From positions 32,001 through 96,000 of the forward strand of contig OZ220744.1 in NCBI GenBank assembly GCA_965116925.1: a stretch of 64,000 nucleotides of DNA. Reading direction: 5' to 3'. The notes beneath the pieces are model-generated. The model did not search any database and was not told the origin of the DNA. It was given only the letters and a program-made list of their open reading frames with translations. This DNA comes from Candidatus Poribacteria bacterium. Lineage in GTDB: Bacteria > Poribacteria > WGA-4E > PCPOR2b. This document shows, one piece after another, positions 41,498 through 52,000 of the stretch (position 1 is the first letter of the stretch; every line of letters starts with the position of its first letter). Position numbers and translations under genes: made by a program.

Positions 41498-42727
41498 ATG
41501 AAGGAAAAAGTATCATCTCCTGATTCCGCCCCCACAATGCCACAAAACCCACTTCTCGTTCCCGAAGTATCCGATCCGACGCTAGCACAACTCCTGCTGC
41601 GTCCGACCGGCGAACTTGCAAGTGCCACTCGCCCTAGCTTTCTCGCTAATAATCACTCCCCTGTGCAGTGGTCTCATGACGATTGGGACCGGTTAGAAGC
41701 AAGTCGCGAGCCTCTATTCAACATGTCAGCAGTTGCTGCACAATTTGACCATGCCAGTTTTTTGAGGGATGGATACGCTGTTCTGAGAGAGGTTATGACA
41801 CCCAAAACCGTCGAGGACTGGACAGCAGCACTGAAATATGGTCAGCAACTCAACGACAGATTGCTGAAATCAGATTGGACACAGATTGACTGGGGCACTC
41901 TTGGTCGCACACTGCCAACAAAATCTCTCACCGTTGAGGAGATTAATAACGCCCTCGGAGGGAGCCAGAAGGCGCCGCAATCAAACGATGAGGCTGGTGT
42001 GAAGACGTTGCGGCAGCACAGCGTGTTTGCAGAGTATTTTCCGGCAGGTCATGTTCCCTACTTAATGAACGTCCTCACGCACCCCCAGATGCTCCAACTG
42101 CAACGGATGAGCCTCGGCAGCGATGACATCTATTTCGATCATAACCAGCTATTGACGAGACCCCCAGGCTATCCCGGTGGCGCGTGGCACAGCCATAAAA
42201 TCGGCGGCGGTGCTGATAACTGCGGTGTAGCGAGCCTGTCGGAGTATCAGGCGCAACCAAATTTCAATCTCACGCTCTGTTACCCTCAAGGTTTTGAAGC
42301 TGAAGACGACGGGGGGCTGAAAATCATTCGGGGCAGCCATCTCTTTCGGGATCCAGGCGGGTGCTGGGCTGACACTGACGAAAAGATGCAGAAGGAATGG
42401 TTGGCAGGACGGGTGCATCCCGTTACTTCTGAGCCTCTTCAAATTGAATATCTCTCAATTCCGCCGGGAACCGTCGTCTGCTGTCTATCGCACGCCGCAC
42501 ATGCGGTGTCACCCAAAGCCTTGGACAGGGATACTCGTTGGTGCTCACTTTTCTGCTACAAGAAACCGAGTGATGTGACCGGTTACGCCCAACCGTCTCA
42601 TTCGATCCCACTGGTATGGGCAATGAAGGCGCAGCGGGGTGAGTTGCCAGTTGTGCTCACTGAGCTGTTTCGACCAAGCTATGACAGGGAGCTGACGGGC
42701 GGACGGACTGTGGATTCACAGGCTTGA
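41498..42727 (+). CDS. Divergent PhyH-fold protein (HxH motif)
   Basis: FLRDGYAVLR, WHSH, GGLKIIRGSH, HAAHAV, TRW. Confidence 0.72.
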   Translation: MKEKVSSPDSAPTMPQNPLLVPEVSDPTLAQLLLRPTGELASATRPSFLANNHSPVQWSHDDWDRLEASREPLFNMSAVAAQFDHASFLRDGYAVLREVMTPKTVEDWTAALKYGQQLNDRLLKSDWTQIDWGTLGRTLPTKSLTVEEINNALGGSQKAPQSNDEAGVKTLRQHSVFAEYFPAGHVPYLMNVLTHPQMLQLQRMSLGSDDIYFDHNQLLTRPPGYPGGAWHSHKIGGGADNCGVASLSEYQAQPNFNLTLCYPQGFEAEDDGGLKIIRGSHLFRDPGGCWADTDEKMQKEWLAGRVHPVTSEPLQIEYLSIPPGTVVCCLSHAAHAVSPKALDRDTRWCSLFCYKKPSDVTGYAQPSHSIPLVWAMKAQRGELPVVLTELFRPSYDRELTGGRTVDSQA

Positions 42728-42731
42728 TAGG

Positions 42732-43856
42732 TCAGTTCAGGGGATTGTCCGCTTCAAACACACGTCTCTCCGCATCGGACAGTTTTCCCGCCGCCGCAGT
42801 ACGTTCTACCCAATGCGTGGGTATGCCGTGTGTCCATTTGGCTGGGGAGGCTTGGGAATCTGGTGTTCGATATGCCATCAACAATCCCCACCGGGTCGGT
42901 GCCCCCGGCGGACGGTGCTGAACGTGATGCGGCATATGGTGAACAAACGAAACCATGCTTCCGGGGGGTAGTGATAGATGTACGATTTCCAACGGCTTGC
43001 CTGTGATGGCGTGCGTCTTTCCCTTCAGCCAATTGGCTTGCATGTCCGCGTCTTCATCGAGGCGTTCCGTGTTCCATTTGAAAGGAATGCGGTAAAGGTG
43101 GGATCCCGGTATAACCCCAAGTTCCGCGCCGTCCCCGCTCTCTGCCCCTTCTGGATAACATAGCGTTCGGATACATTGCTGCTGCAGAAACTCAGGGGTT
43201 AATGCTTTGCCGGTGCCGATAGGGTCTTCGACTTCGTACTGTCCATCTCGATACTGGTGAGCGTGCCAACGTCTCCCTCGCGAGCTAGCTGCCCGGTTAA
43301 GCATCAAACAGTGGTCAAGCACGAAACGGTCGCCGAAGAGTTTCTTGAATAGTTCCATCATCTGTGGATGGGCAGTGGTGACATCCATAATGAAGTCATC
43401 GTATCCCGCTGGAAAATATTCCGGCATCACTCCCTGCGACTCGTATCCGCGTGTGACTAACGCAGGTCCCGGACCGAGGAGTCCGTGCTCGTGCATGTAG
43501 GCACGCACCTCCGATCTGAGAAAGCTGGGCATCTGCTCTGATCCACCACAGCAAGATTCCAAAAACTCTGGGGTAATTTGCTCGGGCGGCGGCGGTGCCA
43601 ACCCACGCGTCTCAAAGTCGATGGCAGTCCAGTCGGTATCCATAAGGATGCAGTCGTTCATGTGCTGCAGTTGCTGTAGACTAGCTGTGAATTGCTTTTG
43701 ACCTTCATTGGTCAGTACGCCCTCCCACACCCAAAATCCTTCCTGCTCGAAGGTCGTACGGTCAAAGGCATCCAACACCCCCGGGCGCAGCAGATTATCC
43801 ACACGCGCTGCTCGCACGGCATCGTCCGTCTGTTTCTGTTCCCTTGAGTTCTTCAT
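42732..43856 (-). CDS. Divergent PhyH-fold protein (HxH motif), paralog of 41498-42727
   Basis: FEQEGFWVW, WHAH, LGVIPGSH, HMPHHV, TRW; shares EYFPAG, HPQM and LCYP blocks with its neighbour. Confidence 0.72.
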   Translation of the reverse strand: MKNSREQKQTDDAVRAARVDNLLRPGVLDAFDRTTFEQEGFWVWEGVLTNEGQKQFTASLQQLQHMNDCILMDTDWTAIDFETRGLAPPPPEQITPEFLESCCGGSEQMPSFLRSEVRAYMHEHGLLGPGPALVTRGYESQGVMPEYFPAGYDDFIMDVTTAHPQMMELFKKLFGDRFVLDHCLMLNRAASSRGRRWHAHQYRDGQYEVEDPIGTGKALTPEFLQQQCIRTLCYPEGAESGDGAELGVIPGSHLYRIPFKWNTERLDEDADMQANWLKGKTHAITGKPLEIVHLSLPPGSMVSFVHHMPHHVQHRPPGAPTRWGLLMAYRTPDSQASPAKWTHGIPTHWVERTAAAGKLSDAERRVFEADNPLN

Positions 43857-44004
43857 TGTTTCTTTTTCCTCAATTTTGTATACTTAACAGGCAGAAAATG
43901 GATAGTTTCTCAAAAAACGTCATCATCATAGCACAGCAATTGACAACATGTCAACGGATTTAACACGACAACCGGTATGTACAATTGACCGAGAGGAACA
44001 CCAC

Positions 44005-45534
44005 ATGGAACTGTATCCGGGAAAGCAGCTATTTATAGACGATTTCTTCATCGAATCGATGGTTGGAGCGCATCGCGTTCTCAATTGTCCAGAGAAGATT
44101 ACTGTTGACGAACCGCTTCACACAGTCAACCCAGATCGGTCGTGGGAGAGCGAACCTGCTCGCGGACCAATCATCTACGATGAGAAAAATCACACCTTTC
44201 GGATGTACTATACAGGTGTGAACTCTTTGATGTGCGTCCTTGAGTCCAGCGATGGGGTGCATTGGGAACGTCCTAATTTGGGGGTTGTCGAGTTTGAAGG
44301 TTCCAAAGCCAACAACATCATCAATTGGCCCAGCGACTGCCCACAACTGGGGACCCTCCTTTACGACCCCCATGAAACAGATGAAACCTATCGGTGGAAG
44401 CGGATAACCACTATGCCCCACGAAGGCGTCTGGCAGGCACTCTACTCGGCGGATGGATACAACTGGTGCCACTATCCCTCCGGTCCCCACAACCATCAGA
44501 AACAGTTTTTCGCATTCGGATCTCCCGCAGAAACCTTCGGTGGCACCGTCGACCCCGACGCGCCTTATATACTCTATAGCCAGCGCGGTTCCAGCCGTCG
44601 AACCCGCGTACTCGGACGGCGTGATAGTCGGGACTGCCTCAATTGGTCGGGCTTACGCACAGTCATTGATCAAGACCTTGATGACCCGCTGGGGACGGAG
44701 TTTTATGCTGCAGGACATGATATGGCAAATCGCACAGACGGTGGATTACATATCATCATGCTTAATGTCTTTTTTACTGATTTGACCGAACCATACGCCA
44801 TTGAACAACCGGATCTCTACTGGGGAACCACCGGAGGATCGCCAGCACTCCCAGCGCGGGTGGATGGGGTCGTTGAGCCGCAACTGGCGGTAAGCCGTGA
44901 TACAGTCTCATGGAAGCGGTATCGCCAGCTATTTTTTCCTCGTGGTAAACCCGGCGCATGGGACTGGGGATCTATGTACGTCTCTGGCCCTATTCATCAC
45001 AATAGGAAGCTTTGGTTCTACTACAACGGGGTCGGTGTAACCCACAACAACCGTACACCACAATTGCACTACGCGCTTAGTCCAAAAGAGCATCAGACAG
45101 GGATCGGGGTGGCGCAACTCCGATCCGGTGGGTATGTCAGTGTGGAAGCGGATTCGTATGCGCCGGGAACCCTGACCACGCATCGCTTCCGTCAGGAATC
45201 AGGGGGAAAAGTGACGGTTAACGTGGACGCCACAGCAGGCGAACTACGATATGAAGTGCTGGAAGATACCGGCGCGTCCATCCCCGGTTTCACCGCCGCC
45301 GATTGTGATCCTATCCGCGGTGATACCCTTGGCACCGTGTTGTCGTGGAATGGCATTCCCCAATGGCCCGGTGTAAGCGAGGAACGCCAATCGAGCTACC
45401 CCAATCTTCCCGAAAGAGAGTTCTACATCAAGTTGCGATTTTATATCTCTCCGGGGACCAAGTTCTACTCCTTGACGCTAGACCCACCGGAGGTTACAAT
45501 GTGGCAGGTTCGCTCACAATCAGTCCCCGAATAG
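44005..45534 (+). CDS. Five-bladed beta-propeller glycoside hydrolase-like protein (GH32/43 clan-like)
   Basis: QLFIDD, SSDGVHWERP, QLAVSRD, LWFYY, GIGVAQLR..GYVS; GAGG RBS. Confidence 0.65.
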   Translation: MELYPGKQLFIDDFFIESMVGAHRVLNCPEKITVDEPLHTVNPDRSWESEPARGPIIYDEKNHTFRMYYTGVNSLMCVLESSDGVHWERPNLGVVEFEGSKANNIINWPSDCPQLGTLLYDPHETDETYRWKRITTMPHEGVWQALYSADGYNWCHYPSGPHNHQKQFFAFGSPAETFGGTVDPDAPYILYSQRGSSRRTRVLGRRDSRDCLNWSGLRTVIDQDLDDPLGTEFYAAGHDMANRTDGGLHIIMLNVFFTDLTEPYAIEQPDLYWGTTGGSPALPARVDGVVEPQLAVSRDTVSWKRYRQLFFPRGKPGAWDWGSMYVSGPIHHNRKLWFYYNGVGVTHNNRTPQLHYALSPKEHQTGIGVAQLRSGGYVSVEADSYAPGTLTTHRFRQESGGKVTVNVDATAGELRYEVLEDTGASIPGFTAADCDPIRGDTLGTVLSWNGIPQWPGVSEERQSSYPNLPEREFYIKLRFYISPGTKFYSLTLDPPEVTMWQVRSQSVPE

Positions 45535-45636
45535 AACTATCCACGCTTGTACGACGGTCAAGTCGCCACTGCGGGTCGTGCTAAGTTTACACAAAATTCG
45601 ATTGGCATCAGTTGGTCTAAAATGGTAGAATTTGAG

Positions 45637-45731
45637 CCATTCGGGTGCGAAATTGGATCGTGTGAAAGGATGGTCGATGTCTAAAATGATGTATCAGCCA
45701 TTTTTACGCTGAATTTTCCTCACCCGAATGG
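45637..45731 (+). other. About 95-nt imperfect long hairpin immediately after a promoter-like sequence
   Basis: CCATTCGGGTG...CACCCGAATGG perfect terminal 11 bp plus inner pairing; extended -10 TGGTAGAAT just upstream. Confidence 0.5.
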
Positions 45732-45756
45732 ATTTTATAGATTTGAGTGAACTGTT

Positions 45757-45945
45757 ACAAGACAGGAGTTTATTATTTGACGTACTCCAAAAGCTGAAGC
45801 ATTTGTCCCGATCTTATCAGGACGCTTTCTAATTGTGGTATCAACGACACCTGCGAGGCGACCCCCGACTTACGATGCCTTCTCCAAGGGACAACGCCCT
45901 GCCCCTATACTGGCGTCTATTCCTGCTTCCCGGTGCCAATAACTA
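45757..45945 (-). ncRNA. Putative TnpB omega/reRNA (scaffold plus about 20-nt flanking guide)
   Basis: Stem-GTAAGT-stem-CA-stem-GYTGA core shared with the tnpB 3' region at about 58070-58120; downstream of a consensus promoter. Confidence 0.55.
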
Positions 45946-46056
45946 CCCATATTATATCATACTTTGTTAAACAAATCAAGAAGATGCCAGAGCATGAACT
46001 GTATCCCAAACCCCGATGGATCGGGACTAAGAAGTCTGAAGATTGGGGTTTTAGCC
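45777..46056 (-). mobile_element. Non-autonomous IS200/IS605 derivative (no ORF): left end, promoter, omega/reRNA scaffold, right end
   Basis: Minus strand: left-end hairpin CCCCAATCTTCAG...TTTGGGAT; TTGATT-17-TATAAT; right end CAAATGCTTCAGCTTTTGGAGTACGTCAA ending in TCAA. Confidence 0.72.
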
Positions 46057-46075
46057 CTAAAGGAGAATTTTGATA

Positions 46076-47104
46076 ATGCAAACCGATAAAAACCGATGTG
46101 TCGTATTTGTTTCCCTCACTGGGGACGAACAGATAAAATGCTACGACATGGACCCCGATTCGGGCGAATTACAGTTACGCTCGACCAGTAACGCCCACGG
46201 ACCTTCAGGTGCTCTCTGTCTGCACCCGTCTGGAGAGATAATGTACGATGGTCATGTGGGATCAACCACATTGGCTAGCTTTCGTCTGGATACCGACTCA
46301 GGTGAACTCACCCTCGTTAACAAGGTGGACACCGGCATCGGTATTCCCGCTCACCTCACCACAGACAGAAATGGTCGCTTCCTGCTCACCGCCTACTACG
46401 GTGGGGGTGGTGTTACCGTTCATCGGCTAGGGAATGATGGCACAATCGGAGAACTAGTGCAATATGTCGATACCGGCGAGAAGGCTCACGCAATCATCGC
46501 AGTGACCGAAGATCAGTTCGTCTTTGTGCCACACGTCTGCCCGAATAACAGGACCTACCAATTCCGTTTTGATAACGAGTCGGGTCAACTCACCCCCAAT
46601 GATCCCGCCGAGCTCACACCACCTGACGATGAAACGGGGCCCCGCCATATCTGTTTTCGACCCGAAGGAGATGTTGCCTATATCGTCAACGAACAAGGCA
46701 ACACAGTGACCGCTCACCGTTACGATTCCGAAAGGGGGACGCTCCAAATCTTCCAGAATATTTCGACTTTACCAGAAGACTACACAGAAGGTGGCGCGAC
46801 TGCTCATGTGGAGGTGCATCCGAATGGAAAGTGGGCGTATGCATCCAATCGGGGGCACGACAGCATTGTCGGATTTAACGTTGACACCGACGGATCGCTC
46901 AGTGTATTTGGGCATTTTCCAATCTCGGCAAGTCCACGCTCATTCAATATTGACCCGACGGGCACCTTTCTATACGGTGCCGGTGAGGCTGCGGACACAA
47001 TGACCTGCTATCGTGTGGACGCAACAACAGGTGAATTACAGCCTCTTCAAGACTACGCCGTTGGAAGCCAACCGTTCTGGGTTATGGTAACGCCACTAGG
47101 CTAG
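46076..47104 (+). CDS. Lactonase family protein (6-phosphogluconolactonase/YbhE-like beta-propeller)
   Basis: GPRHICF, YASNRGHDSI, PRSFNIDPTG. Confidence 0.9.
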   Translation: MQTDKNRCVVFVSLTGDEQIKCYDMDPDSGELQLRSTSNAHGPSGALCLHPSGEIMYDGHVGSTTLASFRLDTDSGELTLVNKVDTGIGIPAHLTTDRNGRFLLTAYYGGGGVTVHRLGNDGTIGELVQYVDTGEKAHAIIAVTEDQFVFVPHVCPNNRTYQFRFDNESGQLTPNDPAELTPPDDETGPRHICFRPEGDVAYIVNEQGNTVTAHRYDSERGTLQIFQNISTLPEDYTEGGATAHVEVHPNGKWAYASNRGHDSIVGFNVDTDGSLSVFGHFPISASPRSFNIDPTGTFLYGAGEAADTMTCYRVDATTGELQPLQDYAVGSQPFWVMVTPLG

Positions 47105-47218
47105 ATTTTATTGGGCTTTTTGCCCTATGTACGCTTTGCATCACGAGAAACGCTTTAATCAACGGTGTTCAATTTTTACACCGCCAAACAACCAACATAT
47201 TATATAAGGAGAATAACG

Positions 47219-47536
47219 ATGGTTTATGAACTTCGCACCTATAGAATTCCTGAAGGCAAGATGCCGAATATCCTTAGCCGATTTGAAAATATCACCTTTG
47301 GTATCTTCAAAAAGTATGGCATAGAGGTCGTCGGATTCTGGACACGGTCAGATGCCAATGAATTGGTGTATATCTGTAGATATGAAAGTGAAGCGGCGAT
47401 GGACGCTGCATGGGAGGCTTTCCGGGCAGATCCCGAATGGCTTAAAGCTCGCGAAGAAACCGAAGCGAATGGACCAATTGTTGAGGAAGTATTCTCGAAT
47501 ACCCTCATTCCGACCTCTTTTTCACCAATACAATAG
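47219..47536 (+). CDS. NIPSNAP family protein
   Basis: YELRTY...GIEVVGFW...AWEAFRADPEW...PTSFSPIQ; AAGGAG RBS. Confidence 0.92.
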   Translation: MVYELRTYRIPEGKMPNILSRFENITFGIFKKYGIEVVGFWTRSDANELVYICRYESEAAMDAAWEAFRADPEWLKAREETEANGPIVEEVFSNTLIPTSFSPIQ

Positions 47537-47589
47537 AGATTAAGTCCGTTGGGTGCTGATTACAGAACAACACAAAGTAGAATACTGCC

Positions 47590-48558
47590 ATGACAAATGT
47601 TGGACTCATCGGTTTTGGTCAATGGGCTCGCCAAGCCTACGCACCCTTGCTTGGCGAGATGCCTCAGGTTCGAGTTGTGGCTGTCTCCGCTCGAAGTCAT
47701 ACCACAAGAACACTCGCAAAGCAAACATTCGGCGTGGGGACAAAGACGTTTGCGGACTACCACGACCTGTTGAACGATTCAACCGTCGACGCGGTCCTGA
47801 TTGCACTCCCCAATTCTCTACACGCCCCGGCCCTTCAAGCAGCGACGAAATCAAATAAACATCTGTTCTTTGAGCCGCCGGTTGCGGTAGACTCGGAGAC
47901 AGCCTCGGAGGTACTGGACACGTTGGCAGCGGGTGGCGGCGTGGTTCAAGCTGATCTGGAACTCCGATACCTGCCGGTGATGGACGCTATAGTGAGGTGC
48001 ATTCAGTCCGGTAGGATAGGCGAGCCGTTGATGGCGAAGATCCGTCTGTGGTGCAACTGGGGGTATGAAGGTGGCGCGTGGTATGACGAAGTTCAGGGGC
48101 AGAGTTTCTTCCTGTGGCTGGGCTGTTGGTATCTCGATGCTCTGGATTGTATCTTCAGACGAGCCGCGGTTCAAGCGTCTGTTGTGGGAGGTCGCCACAG
48201 CAACGGGACGCTGATGGATGCCGGTTGGGCGTCGCTGGTTTATGCCGGTGGAGGAATCGGTCAACTTGAATTCAACTTGGTTATACCACAGGAGACCACC
48301 ATTGAGCTGACTGTTGCCTGTCAATCAGGAGAGATTATCACGGATTTGCAGACGGGACGGTGGCGATGGCGTGCCGAAACAGGCGATTGGCATCCTGAAC
48401 ACGCACCTGCTTCCGCACCCGCTTACGGATTTGTAGGTATGCGTGAAAGCCTACAAGGGTTCTTTGATACCATCCATGTGGGCGGTCGTCCACGTGCAAA
48501 TGTCGATGTGATGCGCCGGGTGCAACACGCTGCACAACTTTGTGCGGGGGCTGAATGA
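47590..48558 (+). CDS. Gfo/Idh/MocA family oxidoreductase (variant EPP motif)
   Basis: GLIGFGQWA, DAVLIALPNSLH, FEPP in place of EKP. Confidence 0.82.
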   Translation: MTNVGLIGFGQWARQAYAPLLGEMPQVRVVAVSARSHTTRTLAKQTFGVGTKTFADYHDLLNDSTVDAVLIALPNSLHAPALQAATKSNKHLFFEPPVAVDSETASEVLDTLAAGGGVVQADLELRYLPVMDAIVRCIQSGRIGEPLMAKIRLWCNWGYEGGAWYDEVQGQSFFLWLGCWYLDALDCIFRRAAVQASVVGGRHSNGTLMDAGWASLVYAGGGIGQLEFNLVIPQETTIELTVACQSGEIITDLQTGRWRWRAETGDWHPEHAPASAPAYGFVGMRESLQGFFDTIHVGGRPRANVDVMRRVQHAAQLCAGAE

Positions 48559-48588
48559 ATGACACCACCCCCCCTTGAAAGGATAGAT

Positions 48589-48840
48589 ATGAGTTGGCTA
48601 GATGTTATCCAAATTGGACACGATCTGAAGGTGTGTCCCGACTGTAACCGCGAATATGAGGTGATGGATGAATTTCTAGCAAAGAAAGATGAACTACTGA
48701 CCGGAGACGATTGGATCGATGAGATGTTCAGTGAAGAGTATTACATCGCACTGAGGTGTCCGCAGTGTCTAGAAACGCGAAATTTACGTCTCAAATCGCT
48801 CACTGAAAAGCAATATCAAACAGCGCGAGAAGAAAATTAA
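48589..48840 (+). CDS. Small hypothetical zinc-ribbon protein
   Basis: CPDC...CPQC; AAAGGA RBS. Confidence 0.6.
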   Translation: MSWLDVIQIGHDLKVCPDCNREYEVMDEFLAKKDELLTGDDWIDEMFSEEYYIALRCPQCLETRNLRLKSLTEKQYQTAREEN

Positions 48841-49069
48841 CGCCGCCAAAAGTACCCAAATGAATCTACCTACCCTTGAACGTTACCAAATACAATCCAA
48901 TTATCTACTCTGAAATAATCGCTTTCCATGGCATAGGCTATCTCTCAACCAAACTGATATTTTTGCGTCTAACACAAATCGAGTCCAATGAATTGATCAG
49001 TTAATCATCATTTGTTAAGACATCTGAAAAATCCTAAAATAATATCCAAGCAATTATAGGGGGAAATGC

Positions 49070-52000
49070 GTGCGAATTATCAAACCTACAAAACGACACC
49101 GTCCGTACCCGAAAAAACAAGCTCTTTCTACGCTATTATCTAAAAACGGGTGCTGTTTATTTATCCTTATCCTTCTGTTCCAATTTTTTCCATCCTTTTT
49201 CTTTATGCAAGGCGAATCGCTCGTTTGGGCGTTACGCTTTCAGACCTCACCGCAGGCGATTGATGATGTTGATGAGGACAATGTTTTTAGCCCAAATGGA
49301 GATGGTGTACAAGATACGCTCCTCATTAGTTTTGTCACCGATGGCGATTTCGGTGATTTCCGGATTATCATTGATACGCATGGTCCGAGTGGGGTTGGTA
49401 AGCCTGATGGGCAATTTCGTGTTGACGAAGATTGGGTAATTACAGGGGAAGTTGGGCCCGGAATTGACCAGTTCGCCCCTCCAACAGCCATCCGTGAAGC
49501 GTGGGACGGGAATGATTTTTCCAGACAGCAAGAGGAGAAAAATCCGCACCCACTCAGCGATGGACGGTATCGGATTCGGATCGAAATTGACGCTGTTCCC
49601 AACGAGGAAGTGAGTCGTGCGGAGTCAGGATACCTTGCGATTCAACTTTCCGCGATAATTGACAATGAACTTCCGCAACTATCAGCCACTGCTCTCCAAC
49701 GGGATTTGTCGCCGAATGGGGATACTATCACAGACGAAATACAAATTGACTACGGACTTTCCGAGAGTTTGGTGGAACTTGAGTTGCAATTTACTGATCC
49801 GTCAGATCGACCGGCAATTCCGTTGACTCGATTTACGGAAGGGAAGAATCACACATTTACTTGGACGGGGGTTGATGGCTTAGATACGAGATTAAGTGAC
49901 GGCACCTACACCGTTCAACTGCATGGGACTGACAGGGGTGGTAACGTGGTGACTTTTGGACTCGGTAGTTTCCAAATTGACACAAAGTCTCCTATCATTG
50001 CCCAGCTAACGCCGAGGCGGAACTCGTTTCAGAATACACCCATTGAACAGATTGAGGCAATATTCGACGTGGGTGATGGAAGCCTTATTGATGTTGACTC
50101 AACCTTTACAGAAATTCTTTTATTGAATGCAAACGGTGCACAAATTAGTGGAGTGGTTAATCATGATGAAGAGGCAGGTCGCATCACGCTGACGCTCGAT
50201 CGGTCTGTTGATTCCAGTGATGAAAACGGTGTTTACACAATCAGTGTTTCTGGTGCAGACAAAGCCGGCAATATTGTCTCAGATGAAGTCAGTTTCACCT
50301 TTGATAATGTTGCCCCGATGGTCACAAGCATTGCAACCGATGTTGGTGAGTTGACTCCCGATACGGTTACCACCACAAAATTCACTTTCGTTGATGTAAC
50401 CTTGGCGGATAACATTGACTCTAGGGTCAATACCGCTTCAACGGTTCGCTTGAGTGGGGCTGAAGGAGCTACAATAGCTGGGATCCAGAGTCAAGTTGGA
50501 GAAAACGGTATCCGTTGGACACCGGGATTTCCTCTGGCGACAGATGGTTCTTACGATGGAAGATACACCATCACAGTGCAGTCTCGAGACCGTGCAGGAA
50601 ATGAGGTTGAGATTCAGATCCCTTTCCTCTACGATACCCAAGTCCCTGAGTTAGTTCTTACATCGGGATCAGGGGTTCAACTGAACACTTCAGAAGGAGT
50701 AGAAGCCTTCCTGACAAGTCCCTTATCTGTATTGACAGCGACCTTTAACGACGGAAACGGCAGTGGCACTGACTTTAGTAAAACATCTGTTGAGATGGCT
50801 CGTTTCGCTCGAGCGGATGGGGCACAAGTTCCGGTCCAAGGGACACTTATCTCTGATGAAGATAATGACGTACTAGGATTTCGACTAAATCAGCCTCTAG
50901 AACGCCGCAATGGAAGTCAGGATGGCACCTATCTTATTCGAGTGAGATCGACCGACAAAGCGGGCAATGCTGAGACAAGAAATATTGAACTCATTTACGA
51001 TACACAAGCACCTGCGATTGTCTCAACAATTCGGACCGCAAATCCGCTGACCACTGAACGGATTGAGGTTGAACTTGAAGTGACTGATACCTTTGCAGGT
51101 GTGGAGGGAAGTGGATTTGACGTTTCTACATCAACCTTTGAGTTATTTGATGTAAATGGTGCTATGGTCGACGGTGCACAAACGAACGATGGTGCCGGTA
51201 AATTTGCGTTTCGCTCTCGTATACTGCCAGAGGGTGGTATGTATACCCTTGTTGTTACGCTGGCGGATCGGGCGGGCAACCGTAGTATTCCATTGCCGCT
51301 TATCTACGATGCCGAAGAGCCTACTATTGAAACAGTCAGCCACATTGAACCGATCGCAACTGTTTCTAACGTAGGTGAATTTCTGAGGCGGGTAGAAGCA
51401 ACTGTTAGTGATGTTGGCACCGGTATTGATTTCGATCAATCGCTGATTCAGTTGCTCAATGCTGCAGGAGAGGTCGTCCCCGGCACACCATATCACGATG
51501 ATGAAGCAACAGTTGGGTGGGAGTTAGCAACTCCGCTCACCCGTGAAGGCAACTTTGATGGGCTATACTCGCTCCGTGTCAGGGCTGTTGATAAAGCCGG
51601 GTACGTTGAAGAAAGAACCTATGCGTTACGCTACGACACGCAGGTACCTATTATCCATACCGCTCTTGTTGCACAAAACGATGGGACCGCTATAGAGTTG
51701 TCCGGTGTAGAAGCTCAACTGATTACGTCTCCAGTCAACCAGATTACCGTGAAATTCTCTGATGGAGAGGGCAGTGGTATGGATGTTTTGCGAACAACCG
51801 TAAGCCTTATCGGACCCGAAGGGACGCCAGTTGGCACGAATCAGAGTGACAATGGAGTAGATACAGTTTATCTTTCGTTCAATCCGTTGCGCGTAGATGG
51901 ATCCGACGATGGATTTTACCGTATTCAGGTAACTCCCACCGATTTAGCAGGTAACATGCTCACAAGCCCGGTTGAATTTCCATTTTTCTACGGTACGCGC

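Noticed and set aside
45601..45610. 10-nt match (ATTGGCATCA) to the predicted guide of the rimK-inserted element
   Set aside because: Too short, not preceded by TTGAA, and compatible with chance.
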